From the NCBI GenBank assembly GCA_020632655.1, contig JACKFD010000001.1, positions 611,492-675,491 of the forward strand: a DNA stretch of 64,000 nucleotides, written 5' to 3'. This document shows, in pieces, positions 18,020-27,651 of this stretch. A program made the position numbers and the translations under genes. This DNA is from Spirochaetaceae bacterium (GTDB lineage Bacteria; Myxococcota_A; UBA9160; UBA4427). How positions within the stretch are numbered: position 1 is the stretch's first letter; every line of letters begins with the position of its first letter. A model generated the notes under the pieces. It did not search any database. It had not been told where the DNA came from and was given only the letters and a program-made list of their open reading frames with translations.

Positions 18020-21000
18020 TTGGCGCTCAACAAGCGAAAAGTATTGGATGCTGCGCGCAAGTTCGCGCAGAAGGGCGCCAAGGCGAAGGCCCTGAAGGAG
18101 TACCAGAAGCTCCTCCAGGCGGATCCCCGGGATGCGAAGCTCCTGCTCGAGGTGGGCGACGCCTATCGACGCTGGGGCCAGGCCGAGGAGGCCATCGCCC
18201 AGTACAGCAAGGTCGCCCAGCAGTACCGTCAGGACGGCTTCGACGCGCGCGCCGTCGCGGTCTTCAAGCAGATCCTGAATCTCGATCCCAAACACTATTC
18301 TGCGTATGTCTCCCTGGCCGAGCTCTACCAGCGCATGGGCCTCGACTCCGAGGCGATCAGTGCGCTGCAGACCGCCGCCGACGGCTATCACAAGGAAGGT
18401 CGCAAGACCGACGCCCTCGAGCTGCTGCGCCAGATGGCGGCCCTCGACCCGACCAACACGACGAGCCGGCTCAAGGTCGCCGAGCTCTTGCGTCAGGAGG
18501 GCATGACGCAGGAGGCACTGGTCGAGTACCAGGCGGTCGCCGAGGAGCTCGAGAGTCAGCAGGAGCGCGACCAGCTCATCACGGTCCTCGAGCGGATCCT
18601 CGAGACGAAGCCCGACCATCTGCCTTCACTCACGTCGCTCGTTCGCCAGCTCGTCGCCGCCGGTGCCTACGATCGCGCCGAGCCCCTCGCGGTCCGTGCG
18701 TTGAATGCCTCGGCGGATCCCACGCAATACGAGCTGTTGATCGACCTCTATGCCCGCTCGGGTGACGAGCAGAAGCTCGCGGACGCGACGCGGGGGCTGG
18801 CGAAGCTGTATCGCGACCGCGGCGACGAGGACAAGGCGCGCGAGCTCCTGCAGCGCCTCCCGGTTCCGGAGATGGGATCGGGCTCCCGGCTCGCGGTCGA
18901 CGTCTCGGAGATGGAGGATCCGGAGGTCTCCGAGCACGAGCTGCTCGCGGACGAGCCCTTCCTGGCGCTCGACGACGACCTCGGCGCGGGCGGACTGACC
19001 CTCGGCGGCGACGACGACATCGAGCTGACCCTCGAGGCCGACGACGAGATCCCGCTCGAGACCGAAGCGCCGCCGGCTGCTCGGCCAAAGGCCGCGGCGT
19101 CCGCGAAGCCTGCGAAGGGCGGGGCTGCCGCGAAGGCCGAGACCCTGCCCGAAGGCGATCCCGATCAGCTGCTCGCCGAGGCCAACGTCTATCTGCGCTA
19201 CGGCAAGTCCACGCAGGCGATCGCGAGCCTGCGCGGCATCCTCGCGCAGGACCCCGATCATCGCGGCGCCCTCGAGAAGCTCGGCGAGGCCTATGCCGAC
19301 GCGGGACGCGGGGCCGAGGCCGTCGACGTGTGGACGCGTGCGGCGCAACAGGTGTTCGAGCTGGGCGATGGCGAGGCGCTGTCGATCCTGCGTGATCGGA
19401 TCGCGGCGATCGATCCCGCGGCGGCGGCGGCGATCCCGGACTGTGACGCAGGAGGGCGCGGCGGCGCGGACGCGTCGGATGCGATGGAGGACGAGCCCGG
19501 GCTGGACCTCGACGTCGAGGTCGACCTCGAGGAGTCCGTCGATCCGGCGTCGATCGAGGACACGGAGGTCGACGCGGGCGGATTCGAGCTCGACCTCGAC
19601 GACGGGATGGACTTCGACGACGAGCTCGGCCCGGTCGAGACCGGTCGGACCGGTCTCGTGGACGAGACGGCGCAGGTCTTCGACGACGACTCGGTCGGCG
19701 GCGACGCCTCCTTCGAGCTCGAGATCGACTTCGACGAGGACGAGACCGAGGACGACGACGCTGCCACCTCCGACGACGACGGCTCGATCGAGATCGAGCT
19801 CGAGGGCTTCGACTCGAACGAGGAGGCCCTCGCCGAGAGTGGCCCGCAGAGCACGACGAGCGCCGCGCGGATCGCCGAGGAGCTGGAAGAAGCCGAGTTC
19901 TACATCGCCCAGGACATGTACGACGAGGCCGAGGGCGTGCTCCAGCGCATCCTCGAGCTCGCACCGAACCACCCGAGCGCGATGCTCCGGCTGGGCGAGA
20001 TCGCCGCGGCGCGCGGCAACGCGCCGGACCGGGCCGTGCCCGAGATGGAGCCGCTGGCCGCGGAGGCGACCTCGGGCGGATTCGACATCTCGGCCCGCTT
20101 CGAGGAAGAGGACGAGACGCTCACCGCCTCGCCGGACGAGCTCGACGACGACGACGACGATGCCGGATTCTCGGTCGAGGTCGACTTCGACGACGACGAT
20201 GAGGACGAGAGCGAAGATTCGCTGCGACCTGCGCCTCCGTCATTCTCCGCTGACGAATCGGACGACGACTCGCAGGACTGGGATTCCTCGACGGCGGAGC
20301 TGACGGCGCCGACCGAGCCGGCCGTCGCCGGCGCGCAGGCCGATGTCCCGGTCGGGCTCGGCGACCCGAGCGAGACCTTCGATCTACGCGAGGCGCTCGC
20401 GGACGTCCTCTCCGACGACGATCAGCCCGCTCGGGAGGCCGCGACGAGTGGCGTGCTCTCGACGGTCGAGGACGGCTTCGAGTCGATCTTCTCGGACTTC
20501 AAGAAGGGCGTGAGTGCGACGCTCGAGGAAGGCGACTACGACACGCGCTACGACCTCGGCATCGCCTATCGCGAGATGGAGCTCTTCGAGGACGCGATCG
20601 CCGAGTTCCGCGTCTGCCTCGACTCGCCGGCGCGCCGCTTCGACAGCCTCTACCTGATGGGGCTCTGCGCGCGGGATCTCGGCCGCTTCGACGACGCCGT
20701 GAACCACCTCGAGCAGGCCCTCGCGCTGCCGGAGCTGCCGGAGGACAGGATGGCCGGTGTCTACTTCGACCTGTCGATCGCGCAGGAAGGTGCGGGCGAT
20801 CTCGGTCGCGCTCGGGCCATGATCGAACGGGTGCTCGAGCTCGAGCCCGGCTTCCCCGGCGCATCGGAGCGCCGCGCCGCGCTCGCGTCCGGATCCGGTG
20901 CCGCGGAGCCGCAGCTCGCCACGCCGGCCGACGAGTTCGAGTCCTTCGACGAGCTCTTCGACGACGCCGGGGACGACTCGGCCAGCGCACCCGTCATGGA

Positions 21001-21142
21001 GGCGGGCGAGACCTTCGAGTCCTTCGACGACGTGCTGAGCGAGGCCGAGGCAGTGCTCGAGCAGGCCGACGCGGAGGGCGAAGACTCGTCGTCCGGCGAG
21101 ACCGGTCGTCGCGGCGGCCGCAAGAAGATCTCCTTCGTCTGA
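18020..21142 (+). CDS. Large TPR-repeat protein with acidic low-complexity spacers (SgmX-like)
   Basis: Several TPR blocks: N-terminal ~200 aa, central (ANVYLRYGKSTQAIASLRGILAQDPDH), (AEFYIAQDMYDEAEGVLQRILELAPNH), and C-terminal (DLGIAYREMELFEDAIAEF...). They are separated by poly-Asp/Glu stretches. TTG at 18020 with GAGGGA upstream. Confidence 0.7.
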   Translation: MALNKRKVLDAARKFAQKGAKAKALKEYQKLLQADPRDAKLLLEVGDAYRRWGQAEEAIAQYSKVAQQYRQDGFDARAVAVFKQILNLDPKHYSAYVSLAELYQRMGLDSEAISALQTAADGYHKEGRKTDALELLRQMAALDPTNTTSRLKVAELLRQEGMTQEALVEYQAVAEELESQQERDQLITVLERILETKPDHLPSLTSLVRQLVAAGAYDRAEPLAVRALNASADPTQYELLIDLYARSGDEQKLADATRGLAKLYRDRGDEDKARELLQRLPVPEMGSGSRLAVDVSEMEDPEVSEHELLADEPFLALDDDLGAGGLTLGGDDDIELTLEADDEIPLETEAPPAARPKAAASAKPAKGGAAAKAETLPEGDPDQLLAEANVYLRYGKSTQAIASLRGILAQDPDHRGALEKLGEAYADAGRGAEAVDVWTRAAQQVFELGDGEALSILRDRIAAIDPAAAAAIPDCDAGGRGGADASDAMEDEPGLDLDVEVDLEESVDPASIEDTEVDAGGFELDLDDGMDFDDELGPVETGRTGLVDETAQVFDDDSVGGDASFELEIDFDEDETEDDDAATSDDDGSIEIELEGFDSNEEALAESGPQSTTSAARIAEELEEAEFYIAQDMYDEAEGVLQRILELAPNHPSAMLRLGEIAAARGNAPDRAVPEMEPLAAEATSGGFDISARFEEEDETLTASPDELDDDDDDAGFSVEVDFDDDDEDESEDSLRPAPPSFSADESDDDSQDWDSSTAELTAPTEPAVAGAQADVPVGLGDPSETFDLREALADVLSDDDQPAREAATSGVLSTVEDGFESIFSDFKKGVSATLEEGDYDTRYDLGIAYREMELFEDAIAEFRVCLDSPARRFDSLYLMGLCARDLGRFDDAVNHLEQALALPELPEDRMAGVYFDLSIAQEGAGDLGRARAMIERVLELEPGFPGASERRAALASGSGAAEPQLATPADEFESFDELFDDAGDDSASAPVMEAGETFESFDDVLSEAEAVLEQADAEGEDSSSGETGRRGGRKKISFV

Positions 21143-21184
21143 CCCACGACTTCCGCCCCCGCTCCCGGCCCCGAGGAGGCAGCC

Positions 21185-22837
21185 TTGGAACACCTGCAGC
21201 ATTTCGGACTGTCCCAGGATCCGTTCAGCAACGAGCCGGACGTCCGTGTCTTCTTCCCGAGCGGCGCGCATCGCGACGCCCAGCGCCGGGTCGAGCGGGG
21301 GCTGCGCCAGCACAAGGGCCTGACGCTGCTGATGGGCGAGGGCGGGATGGGCAAGACGCTCCTCGCCCGGCGCGTGCTCGAGGCGCTCGAGGACGAGGTC
21401 TTCGAGGCGACGCTGCTCGTCGTGCTGCCCGGGGCCGCGGATGCGACCGGGATCCTGCAGCGCTTCGCCCGCCAGCTGGGCGCGGACGAGCCCGCCAACG
21501 ATCGAGCGGCGCTGCTCGGGCAGATCTACGAGCAGCTCGCGATCGTGCGCGAGGACGGCCGCCACGCCGTGCTGATGATCGACGATGCCCAGATCATGAC
21601 GCCCGCCACGCTCGCCGAGCTGGGCGGGCTCCTGAGCCTCGAGTACGAGGAGCGGCGGCTGCTCTCCATGCTGCTGGTCGGGTCGCCCGAGCTCGATGCG
21701 CTCGTGCAGCGGGATCCCGGGATGCTGGCGCGGGTCGACGTCCGGGTGCGGCTGCAGGCGCTCGATCTCGACGGGACGACCGCCTACCTCACGCATCGGC
21801 TCGGCTCGGCCAAGGGCGATCCCAGCCTGCTGCCGACGGCAGCGATCCAGGCACTGCATAAATTCGGGCGTGGGCGTCCGCGGCTCCTCAACACCCTCGC
21901 GGACAATGCTCTCTTCGAGGCCTACCTCGCCGGGCGGCACGCGATCGATCCGCACGACGTCGAGCGCGCGGCGGCGGATCTCGGCGTCGGCGTGGGAGTC
22001 GGGGTCGACCCGGGTGCGGGCTTCGCGGAGCGCGGTGCTGCCGCGACCGTCGCGTCCGCGACGACGGTTTCGGCAGCGATGGGCGCGGCGCCGATCGCGT
22101 TGCCCGAGTGCGAGCCGGAGACCCTGCTGCAGCTCGACGAGCCGGCGACGGGGGCCGGGCCGAGGCTCGGATTCGACGATCCGGCCCTGGAGTCGGCGAC
22201 GGCGCTGAAGCTCGACGAGCCCGCGCTCGAGCGGGAGACCGTGCTGCAGCTGGAGGAGCCGTCGCTCGAGCCGGAGACCGTGCTGCAGCTGGAGGAGCCG
22301 TCGCTCGAGCCGGAGACCGTGCTGCAGCTGGAGACGCCGATGGCGGAGCTCGAGCTGACGTCCGAGGTCGATCTCGCCCTCGACGAGTCCGGGGTCGAGC
22401 CGCTCGACCTCGACGATGGGCTCGAGGAGACCTTCGAGGCGCATGCGCGCAGTGGACGCCCGGCGCCGCCGCCGAGCCTGGCGGAGCAGACCCAGCCGGA
22501 TCCGTTCGAGGACATGCTGGACTTCGATCTCGGCGCGTCGGACGAGGACGGGGGGGCGGCCGGGCCGGAGGATGCGGATGGCTTCGCCGCGAGCTTCGAG
22601 GCAGACCTTGAAGACGAGGCTGGCGTGGAGCTCTCGTTCGGCGTGGACGAGACCGAGGACCTGGCGGCACTCGAGGAGCCGGACGACGGGACCGACGAGG
22701 TGCCCGCGCTGTCGCTCGAGCTCGACGGCGAAGACGAAGGCCTCGACTTCGCGCTCGCCGAGGCGGAGCTCGCTCCGCTCGAGGCGGGCGACGCGGATGC
22801 GCTCGACGATGCGTTCGTGGAGCTGCTCGAGGAGTAG
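21185..22837 (+). CDS. ExeA/MshM-like AAA ATPase with an acidic repeat-containing C-terminal half
   Basis: The N-terminus HFGLSQDPFSNEPD is ExeA-like. Walker A GEGGMGKT, Walker B VLMIDDAQ. The C-terminal ~250 aa are acidic and contain ETVLQLEEPSLEP repeats. Confidence 0.75.
   Translation: MEHLQHFGLSQDPFSNEPDVRVFFPSGAHRDAQRRVERGLRQHKGLTLLMGEGGMGKTLLARRVLEALEDEVFEATLLVVLPGAADATGILQRFARQLGADEPANDRAALLGQIYEQLAIVREDGRHAVLMIDDAQIMTPATLAELGGLLSLEYEERRLLSMLLVGSPELDALVQRDPGMLARVDVRVRLQALDLDGTTAYLTHRLGSAKGDPSLLPTAAIQALHKFGRGRPRLLNTLADNALFEAYLAGRHAIDPHDVERAAADLGVGVGVGVDPGAGFAERGAAATVASATTVSAAMGAAPIALPECEPETLLQLDEPATGAGPRLGFDDPALESATALKLDEPALERETVLQLEEPSLEPETVLQLEEPSLEPETVLQLETPMAELELTSEVDLALDESGVEPLDLDDGLEETFEAHARSGRPAPPPSLAEQTQPDPFEDMLDFDLGASDEDGGAAGPEDADGFAASFEADLEDEAGVELSFGVDETEDLAALEEPDDGTDEVPALSLELDGEDEGLDFALAEAELAPLEAGDADALDDAFVELLEE
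22235..22333 (+). repeat. Perfect 39-bp tandem repeat (2.5 copies) inside the ExeA-like gene
   Basis: GAGACCGTGCTGCAGCTGGAGGAGCCGTCGCTCGAGCCG at 22235-22273 and 22274-22312, then 21 bp of a third copy. It is in frame (13 aa per unit). Confidence 0.9.
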
Positions 22838-22985
22838 GGGCGGGCGTGGAAGGCGGACGGGCCTCTCGTGCCCGTCGCCGGGCTGGCCGACGTGTGCGTC
22901 GGGCCCGTCGCGCCATGGGCCTGTACCCGGGCCCGGAGCGCGCTTGCGGAGGGCCGGTCGGCATCTGCTAGGATCCGCGCCGGAT

Positions 22986-23061
22986 GCGCGAGTAGCTCAG
23001 TTGGTAGAGCATCAGCTTCCCAAGCTGAGGGTCGCGAGTTCGAGCCTCGTCTCGCGCTCCA
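22986..23061 (+). tRNA. tRNA-Gly (anticodon CCC)
   Basis: Cloverleaf folded by hand: acceptor GCGCGAG/CTCGCGC, D arm GCTC-AGTTGGTA-GAGC, anticodon arm TCAGC-TTCCCAA-GCTGA, T arm GCGAG-TTCGAGC-CTCGT, and an encoded CCA. Confidence 0.9.
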
Positions 23062-23079
23062 ATCTTTTCAAGCATTTAC

Positions 23080-23107
23080 GGCCTCGCCCGGACGATCGGG
23101 CGGGGCC
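23080..23107. terminator. GC-rich hairpin between tRNA-Gly and the 3' end of mprF (possible bidirectional terminator)
   Basis: GGCCTCGCCCG - GACGAT - CGGGCGGGGCC (one G.U pair), followed by GTTTG on the plus strand. Confidence 0.4.
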
Positions 23108-23205
23108 GTTTGCCTTGGAGTCAGGCAAGAAGTCAGACGGCCGGCCCTGGCCGGACGGGTGGCTCGCCAGAGCCGGCCCGGCCATCGCGCTCCAGCCCCT
23201 CCTCC

Positions 23206-25839
23206 TTACCGACCCACCAGCCCCACCAGTCCCCCCGACACGAGCGACGCGATCCGCGCGAGCACGAGCGGCGCCGAGAGCGCACCGGGTGACGCGAGAT
23301 AGCGCGGCGCCCACTCGGGATCGAACTTGTCCTTGAAGGCGCGCAGCCCCTGGAAGTTGTAGAAGTGCTCGCCGTGTCGGAAGAGCAGGGCGCCTACGCG
23401 GTGCCAGGTCGGGGCGAGTCGATGGCCCTCGAGGCCGGCGAGGGGGGCCATGCCGAGGCTGAAGTGATGGTGGCCTTCCCGCTGGCCCCAGAGCATCAGC
23501 TCCGTGAAGAGGAAGTCCATCACGCCAGGCGGCGCTTCCGAGCCGTAGCGCATCAGATCGATCGAGAGCTCGCCCTTCGCCTCGCTCGACCAGATGTTCG
23601 CGAAGGCGACGATCTCGTCCTGCTGGCGGACGATGGCGACCGGCAGACGGCAGAGGTAGTCGCGATCGAAGCGGCCGAGGGAGAAGCGCTTCTCGCGTGT
23701 GCGCTTGCCGACGAGCCAGTCGTTCGACAGGGACTCGAGGCGATCGAGGATTGCGGGGACGGCCGGGGGCGCGACGAGCTCGAAGGCGTAGCCGTCGCGG
23801 AGCAGCCGGTTTCGCGAGGCGCGTAGGCCCTTTCGGGCGCGGCCTTCGAGCGAGAACGTCGCGAGGGGGACGCGTCCCTCCTCGCCGATCTTGCGCAGGT
23901 CGAGTCCGAGGTCGAGATAGAGGGGAAGGTTCTCCTCGGAGACCTCGTAGAAGGCGGCTCGGCCGCCGTGATGGTCCGCGAGCTCGAGGAAGCGCCAGGC
24001 GAGCTCCTGGCCCTCGGCGGGGTCGCCGACCGGATCGCCCATCGCGACCCATGTCCTTCCCCGCACGCCGTACATGAGGAACGCGCGTCCCGTATCGCCG
24101 AATAACAGCTCCTTGTCGCCGAGCAGGGCGAGGTAGCCACCGACCGTCGGCGAGGACGCGACGATCGCCTGGGCGCGGTCGAGATCCGCCGGGCTCGGCG
24201 GGGCGGGCACGCGCCGTGCCGGTCGAAGCAGTCGCAGCGAGCCGAGGGCGGCGAGGGCGAGCGCCGCCGTGAACGTGGCGCGCAGGGCGCGCGGCGCCTC
24301 CGCCGAGTGGGCGAACTGCCACCAGAGCTCGTGCGAGTACTCGACGTGTCGGAAGGCGAGCTCGAGCGTTGCAACGGTGCCGCTCATGGCGACGAGGGCG
24401 GCCATCCACCAGCCTGCCGAGAGGGGCTGATCGAGCAGCGAGCTCCGACGATGGAAATAGCGTCGACACGGCCAGAGCAGCAGCGCCATGCCGGTGAGCA
24501 CGCTCGCCTCCTCCCAGTCGAGTCCCTTCGCGAGCGAGAGGATCGCGCCGGCGCCCAGCAGGACGAGCGTGCCGACCCAGCCCGCGTCGAGACGTTGGCG
24601 GAGGGCATGGGAGAGGAAGAGCAGACCCACGCCGGCGAGGCTGCCGGCGAGCTTCGAGACCTCGAGCAGCGGTAGGGGCACGGCGCGTCGCAGCCAGTGG
24701 AGACGCTCGGGGAGCTCCGGCGTGGCGCCCGAGACGAGCAGCACGACGCCCGACAGGAAGATCGTGACCGCGAAGAAGCGCGGGACGATCGCGGTCAAGA
24801 GGTCCTGGACGCGCGCGCCCGTGCCCTGGAGGAGCGCCCGATGACGTCTCAGCTCGTAGCCGGCGAGCAGGGCGAGAGCGAGCACGAAGGGCAACAGGTA
24901 GTAGACGACGCGATAGGCGACGGCCGTGGCGAGCACCTCGTCCCCGGCCAGCCAGGGCTTCAGCAGCAGGACCATCGTCGTCTCGAACACGCCGAGCCCG
25001 CCCGGCACGTGGGAGACGAGGCCGATCACCTGGGCGACGAGGAAGGCCGAGAGGACCGTGACGAAGCCCGCCTCGGAGGTCTCGGGCAGCAGCACGTAGA
25101 AGACCGAGGCGGCGAGCAGCCAGTCGACGGACGACACGGTCACCTGCGCGGCGGCGAGGCCCGGCGACGGGGCCGGGATCCGGATGCCATGCAGGGAGAA
25201 GGGGGTGCGACGTCGCAGGACGAGGACCGCGTAGCCGAGGATCGCTCCGATCAGGACGAGGCCGAGGGCGCGGCTGTCCGCGAGGGGGAGTCCCGGGATC
25301 GCCAGGCGGATCGGATCGAAGGTGTGGAGCACTCCACCGAGCGCGAGGAATCCCGTCCAGAACGTGAGCGACGTGAAGACGATCACGCGGGTCACGTCCT
25401 CGGAGCGCATCCCCCAGCCCGAGAGCATGCGAAAGCGGACGGCGCTCCCGCCGAAGATCGAGAGCCCGACGTTGTGGCTGAAGACGTAGGCGACGAAGGA
25501 GGCGAGGGCGACGCGGGGATAGGGGAGCTGCCGTCCCACGTAGCGGAGTGCGAGCACGTCGTAGCCGGTGAGGGCAAGGTAGCCACACGCGGTCAGGACC
25601 ATGGCGAGTGCGAGCCGCGTCGGGGGAAGCGCGCGGAGATGCTCGCGGACGTCCGCGAGGTCGTGGATGCGGAACTCGTGGCGCAGCATCGCCGCCGCGA
25701 CCAGCACGAGGCCCAGGCCCGCGACCGGTCCCGCGACGGCCAGCAGGCGCTCGCGCAGGGCCCCACCCGCGTCGCGAGCGACCGGCGCGACGTCTCCCTC
25801 GGTCGTCACCATCCGCCTCCCGTCGCGCTCGGACTGCAT
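23206..25839 (-). CDS. mprF: Bifunctional lysyl-phosphatidylglycerol flippase/synthetase MprF-like
   Basis: About 14 TM helices in the N-terminal ~520 aa, plus a C-terminal aminoacyl-PG synthase (DUF2156-type) domain (...FYEVSEENLPLYLDLGL..., FSLGMAPLAGL, FKDKFDPEW). The true start may be M10 (25812). Confidence 0.85.
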   Translation of the reverse strand: MQSERDGRRMVTTEGDVAPVARDAGGALRERLLAVAGPVAGLGLVLVAAAMLRHEFRIHDLADVREHLRALPPTRLALAMVLTACGYLALTGYDVLALRYVGRQLPYPRVALASFVAYVFSHNVGLSIFGGSAVRFRMLSGWGMRSEDVTRVIVFTSLTFWTGFLALGGVLHTFDPIRLAIPGLPLADSRALGLVLIGAILGYAVLVLRRRTPFSLHGIRIPAPSPGLAAAQVTVSSVDWLLAASVFYVLLPETSEAGFVTVLSAFLVAQVIGLVSHVPGGLGVFETTMVLLLKPWLAGDEVLATAVAYRVVYYLLPFVLALALLAGYELRRHRALLQGTGARVQDLLTAIVPRFFAVTIFLSGVVLLVSGATPELPERLHWLRRAVPLPLLEVSKLAGSLAGVGLLFLSHALRQRLDAGWVGTLVLLGAGAILSLAKGLDWEEASVLTGMALLLWPCRRYFHRRSSLLDQPLSAGWWMAALVAMSGTVATLELAFRHVEYSHELWWQFAHSAEAPRALRATFTAALALAALGSLRLLRPARRVPAPPSPADLDRAQAIVASSPTVGGYLALLGDKELLFGDTGRAFLMYGVRGRTWVAMGDPVGDPAEGQELAWRFLELADHHGGRAAFYEVSEENLPLYLDLGLDLRKIGEEGRVPLATFSLEGRARKGLRASRNRLLRDGYAFELVAPPAVPAILDRLESLSNDWLVGKRTREKRFSLGRFDRDYLCRLPVAIVRQQDEIVAFANIWSSEAKGELSIDLMRYGSEAPPGVMDFLFTELMLWGQREGHHHFSLGMAPLAGLEGHRLAPTWHRVGALLFRHGEHFYNFQGLRAFKDKFDPEWAPRYLASPGALSAPLVLARIASLVSGGLVGLVGR

Positions 25840-25976
25840 CGCCTCGCTGCGACCCCCTTCCGCCGCCGACGCCCGGTCGAGCCTGGCCTAATCTCGCACG
25901 GGGTGCGCGCGGGCGGTGTTCCCAAGGCCTGAGGGCTCCCGCCCATGTCGCCCTCCTTGCCACCGGAGGTGACGGA

Positions 25977-26315
25977 TTGTCTGGTCAGGGTGTCCTGCCG
26001 AGTCGTCGGGTCTTCTTCATCCGCCTCGCACGCCAGGCTTTGCTGAGCGGGGCGATCGTCGCGTTCTCGCTCGCGCTGGGGGCTGCGGGGTATCACGAGT
26101 TCGTGGGTCTTCCATGGCTGGATGCGACCTTGAACGCCTCGATGATCCTGACCGGCATGGGCCCGGTCGCGCCGCTCGAGACGCCCGCCGCGAAGCTCTT
26201 CGGCATCTTCTACTCCCTGTTCTCGGGCGTCGCCTTCCTGGGCTTCGCGACGGTTCTGATCGCGCCCGTCGCACAGCGGTTCCTGCATCGTCTGCATCTC
26301 GACATGGCGGATTGA
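25977..26315 (+). CDS. Small 2-TM pore-loop (KcsA-like Ion_trans_2) membrane protein with a non-canonical filter
   Basis: 112 aa with a TM1 - pore helix - ILTGMGPV - TM2 layout that aligns to KcsA WWSVETATTVGYGDLYPVT. TTG start preceded by GGAGG. Confidence 0.5.
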   Translation: MSGQGVLPSRRVFFIRLARQALLSGAIVAFSLALGAAGYHEFVGLPWLDATLNASMILTGMGPVAPLETPAAKLFGIFYSLFSGVAFLGFATVLIAPVAQRFLHRLHLDMAD

Positions 26316-26418
26316 CGGTCGATCGGGGCGTCGCCCGGCTCGGAGCCCGGGCGCAACCATACAGACCCTTGCGCGGCCCGGGTGTCCGTCCTTCCATCCC
26401 GCGCGAACGCCACGCCCC

Positions 26419-27651
26419 ATGGAGCCCTTGCGCATGTCCGAGGTCATCCTGATCAATCTGACCGGTCCCGATCGGCCCGGCATCACCCGGGACCTGTCGG
26501 CGATCCTGGCGCGGCACGACGTGCGGGTGCTCGACATCGGCCAGGCGGTCATCCACGACACGCTCACCCTCGGCATCCTGGTCGAGGTGCCGCCGGAGTC
26601 GGAGTCGCATCCGGTCCTGAAGGACGTGCTCTTCAAGGCCCACGAGTGGAATCTGCAGGCGCGCTTCACGCCGGTCGCGATCGAGGACTACGAGCGCTGG
26701 GTCTCGGCCCAGGGACAGCCCCGCTACATCATGACGCTGATCGGGACGCGTCTGACCGCGCGGCATCTCGAGGGCCTCGGGGCGATCGCGACGCGGCACG
26801 GCCTCAACATCGACAACATCACGCGCCTGTCGGGCCGGATCTCGATGCGGACGCCGGCGGCCGAGCCCCGGGCGTGCATCGAGCTCTCGCTGCGCGGCAC
26901 GCCCGACGATGCCTCGGCGATGCGCCGGGAGCTGCTCGAGCTGGCCCAGGACCTCGAGGTGGACGTCGCCTTCCAGGTCGACGACGTCTACCGGCGCAAT
27001 CGTCGGCTGGTCGCCTTCGACATGGACTCGACGCTGATCCAGACCGAGGTGATCGACGAGCTGGCGCGGCGGGCCGGCGTCGGGGAGGCGGTCGCGGCGA
27101 TCACCGAGGCGGCGATGAACGGCGAGCTCGACTTCCAGCAGAGCCTGCGACAGCGTGTGGCCCAGCTCGAGGGGCTGCCGGCGCGGGTGCTGGAGGAGGT
27201 GGCCGAGACCTTGCCCCTCACGCCGGGGGCCGAGCGGCTGATCCGGACGCTGCGCTCCCTCGACTACCGCACGGCGATCCTCTCCGGCGGCTTCACGTTC
27301 TTCGGCGCGCATCTGCAGAAGCGCCTCGGCATCGACTACGTGCATGCCAACGAGCTCGAGATCGAGGACGGTCGGCTGACCGGGCGCGTCGTCGGCGAGA
27401 TCGTCGATGGGGCCCGCAAGGCGGCGCTGCTGCGCGAGCTGGCGCGCCGCGAGGGCGTGCGGCTGGCGCAGACGATCGCGGTCGGCGACGGCGCGAACGA
27501 CCTGCCCATGCTCGACGCGGCCGGACTCGGCATCGCCTTCCACGCCAAGCCCCGGGTGCGCGCGGAGGCGGAGCAGGTCATCTCGAACCTCGGCCTCGAC
27601 GGCATCCTCTACCTGCTCGGCATGAGCGACCGGGAGGTGCAGCAGGCCTGA
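26419..27651 (+). CDS. serB: Phosphoserine phosphatase SerB with two N-terminal ACT domains
   Basis: HAD motifs FDMDSTLIQTE, SGGF and GDGANDLPML. Two ACT-like modules are upstream (INLTGPDRPGITRDLS...). Confidence 0.88.
   Translation: MEPLRMSEVILINLTGPDRPGITRDLSAILARHDVRVLDIGQAVIHDTLTLGILVEVPPESESHPVLKDVLFKAHEWNLQARFTPVAIEDYERWVSAQGQPRYIMTLIGTRLTARHLEGLGAIATRHGLNIDNITRLSGRISMRTPAAEPRACIELSLRGTPDDASAMRRELLELAQDLEVDVAFQVDDVYRRNRRLVAFDMDSTLIQTEVIDELARRAGVGEAVAAITEAAMNGELDFQQSLRQRVAQLEGLPARVLEEVAETLPLTPGAERLIRTLRSLDYRTAILSGGFTFFGAHLQKRLGIDYVHANELEIEDGRLTGRVVGEIVDGARKAALLRELARREGVRLAQTIAVGDGANDLPMLDAAGLGIAFHAKPRVRAEAEQVISNLGLDGILYLLGMSDREVQQA

Noticed and set aside
22235-22333. Possible CRISPR-like repeat
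   Set aside because: The units are directly adjacent with no spacers, they are in frame inside a coding sequence, and no cas genes are present. This is a coding tandem repeat.
21185-22837. ExeA-like ATPase as evidence of a type II secretion system
   Set aside because: There are no gspC-M or secretin genes other than pilQ. The context is type IV pilus/TPR, so an MshM-like role is more plausible.
22944-22974. Sigma-70-type promoter for tRNA-Gly (TTGCGG ... TAGGAT)
   Set aside because: The spacer is 19 nt, longer than the usual 16-18 nt. It is plausible but too weak to list as a feature.
23012-25963. 983-aa minus-strand ORF overlapping mprF in another frame
   Set aside because: It is Arg/Pro/Gly-rich with no TM segments or motifs. 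The 23206-25839 frame gives a coherent MprF protein.
22986-26315. tRNA-Gly as an integration site for a genomic island
   Set aside because: There is no integrase, recombinase or phage gene downstream. I could not find a direct repeat of the tRNA 3' end. The following genes (mprF, serB...) have the same composition as the rest of the window.
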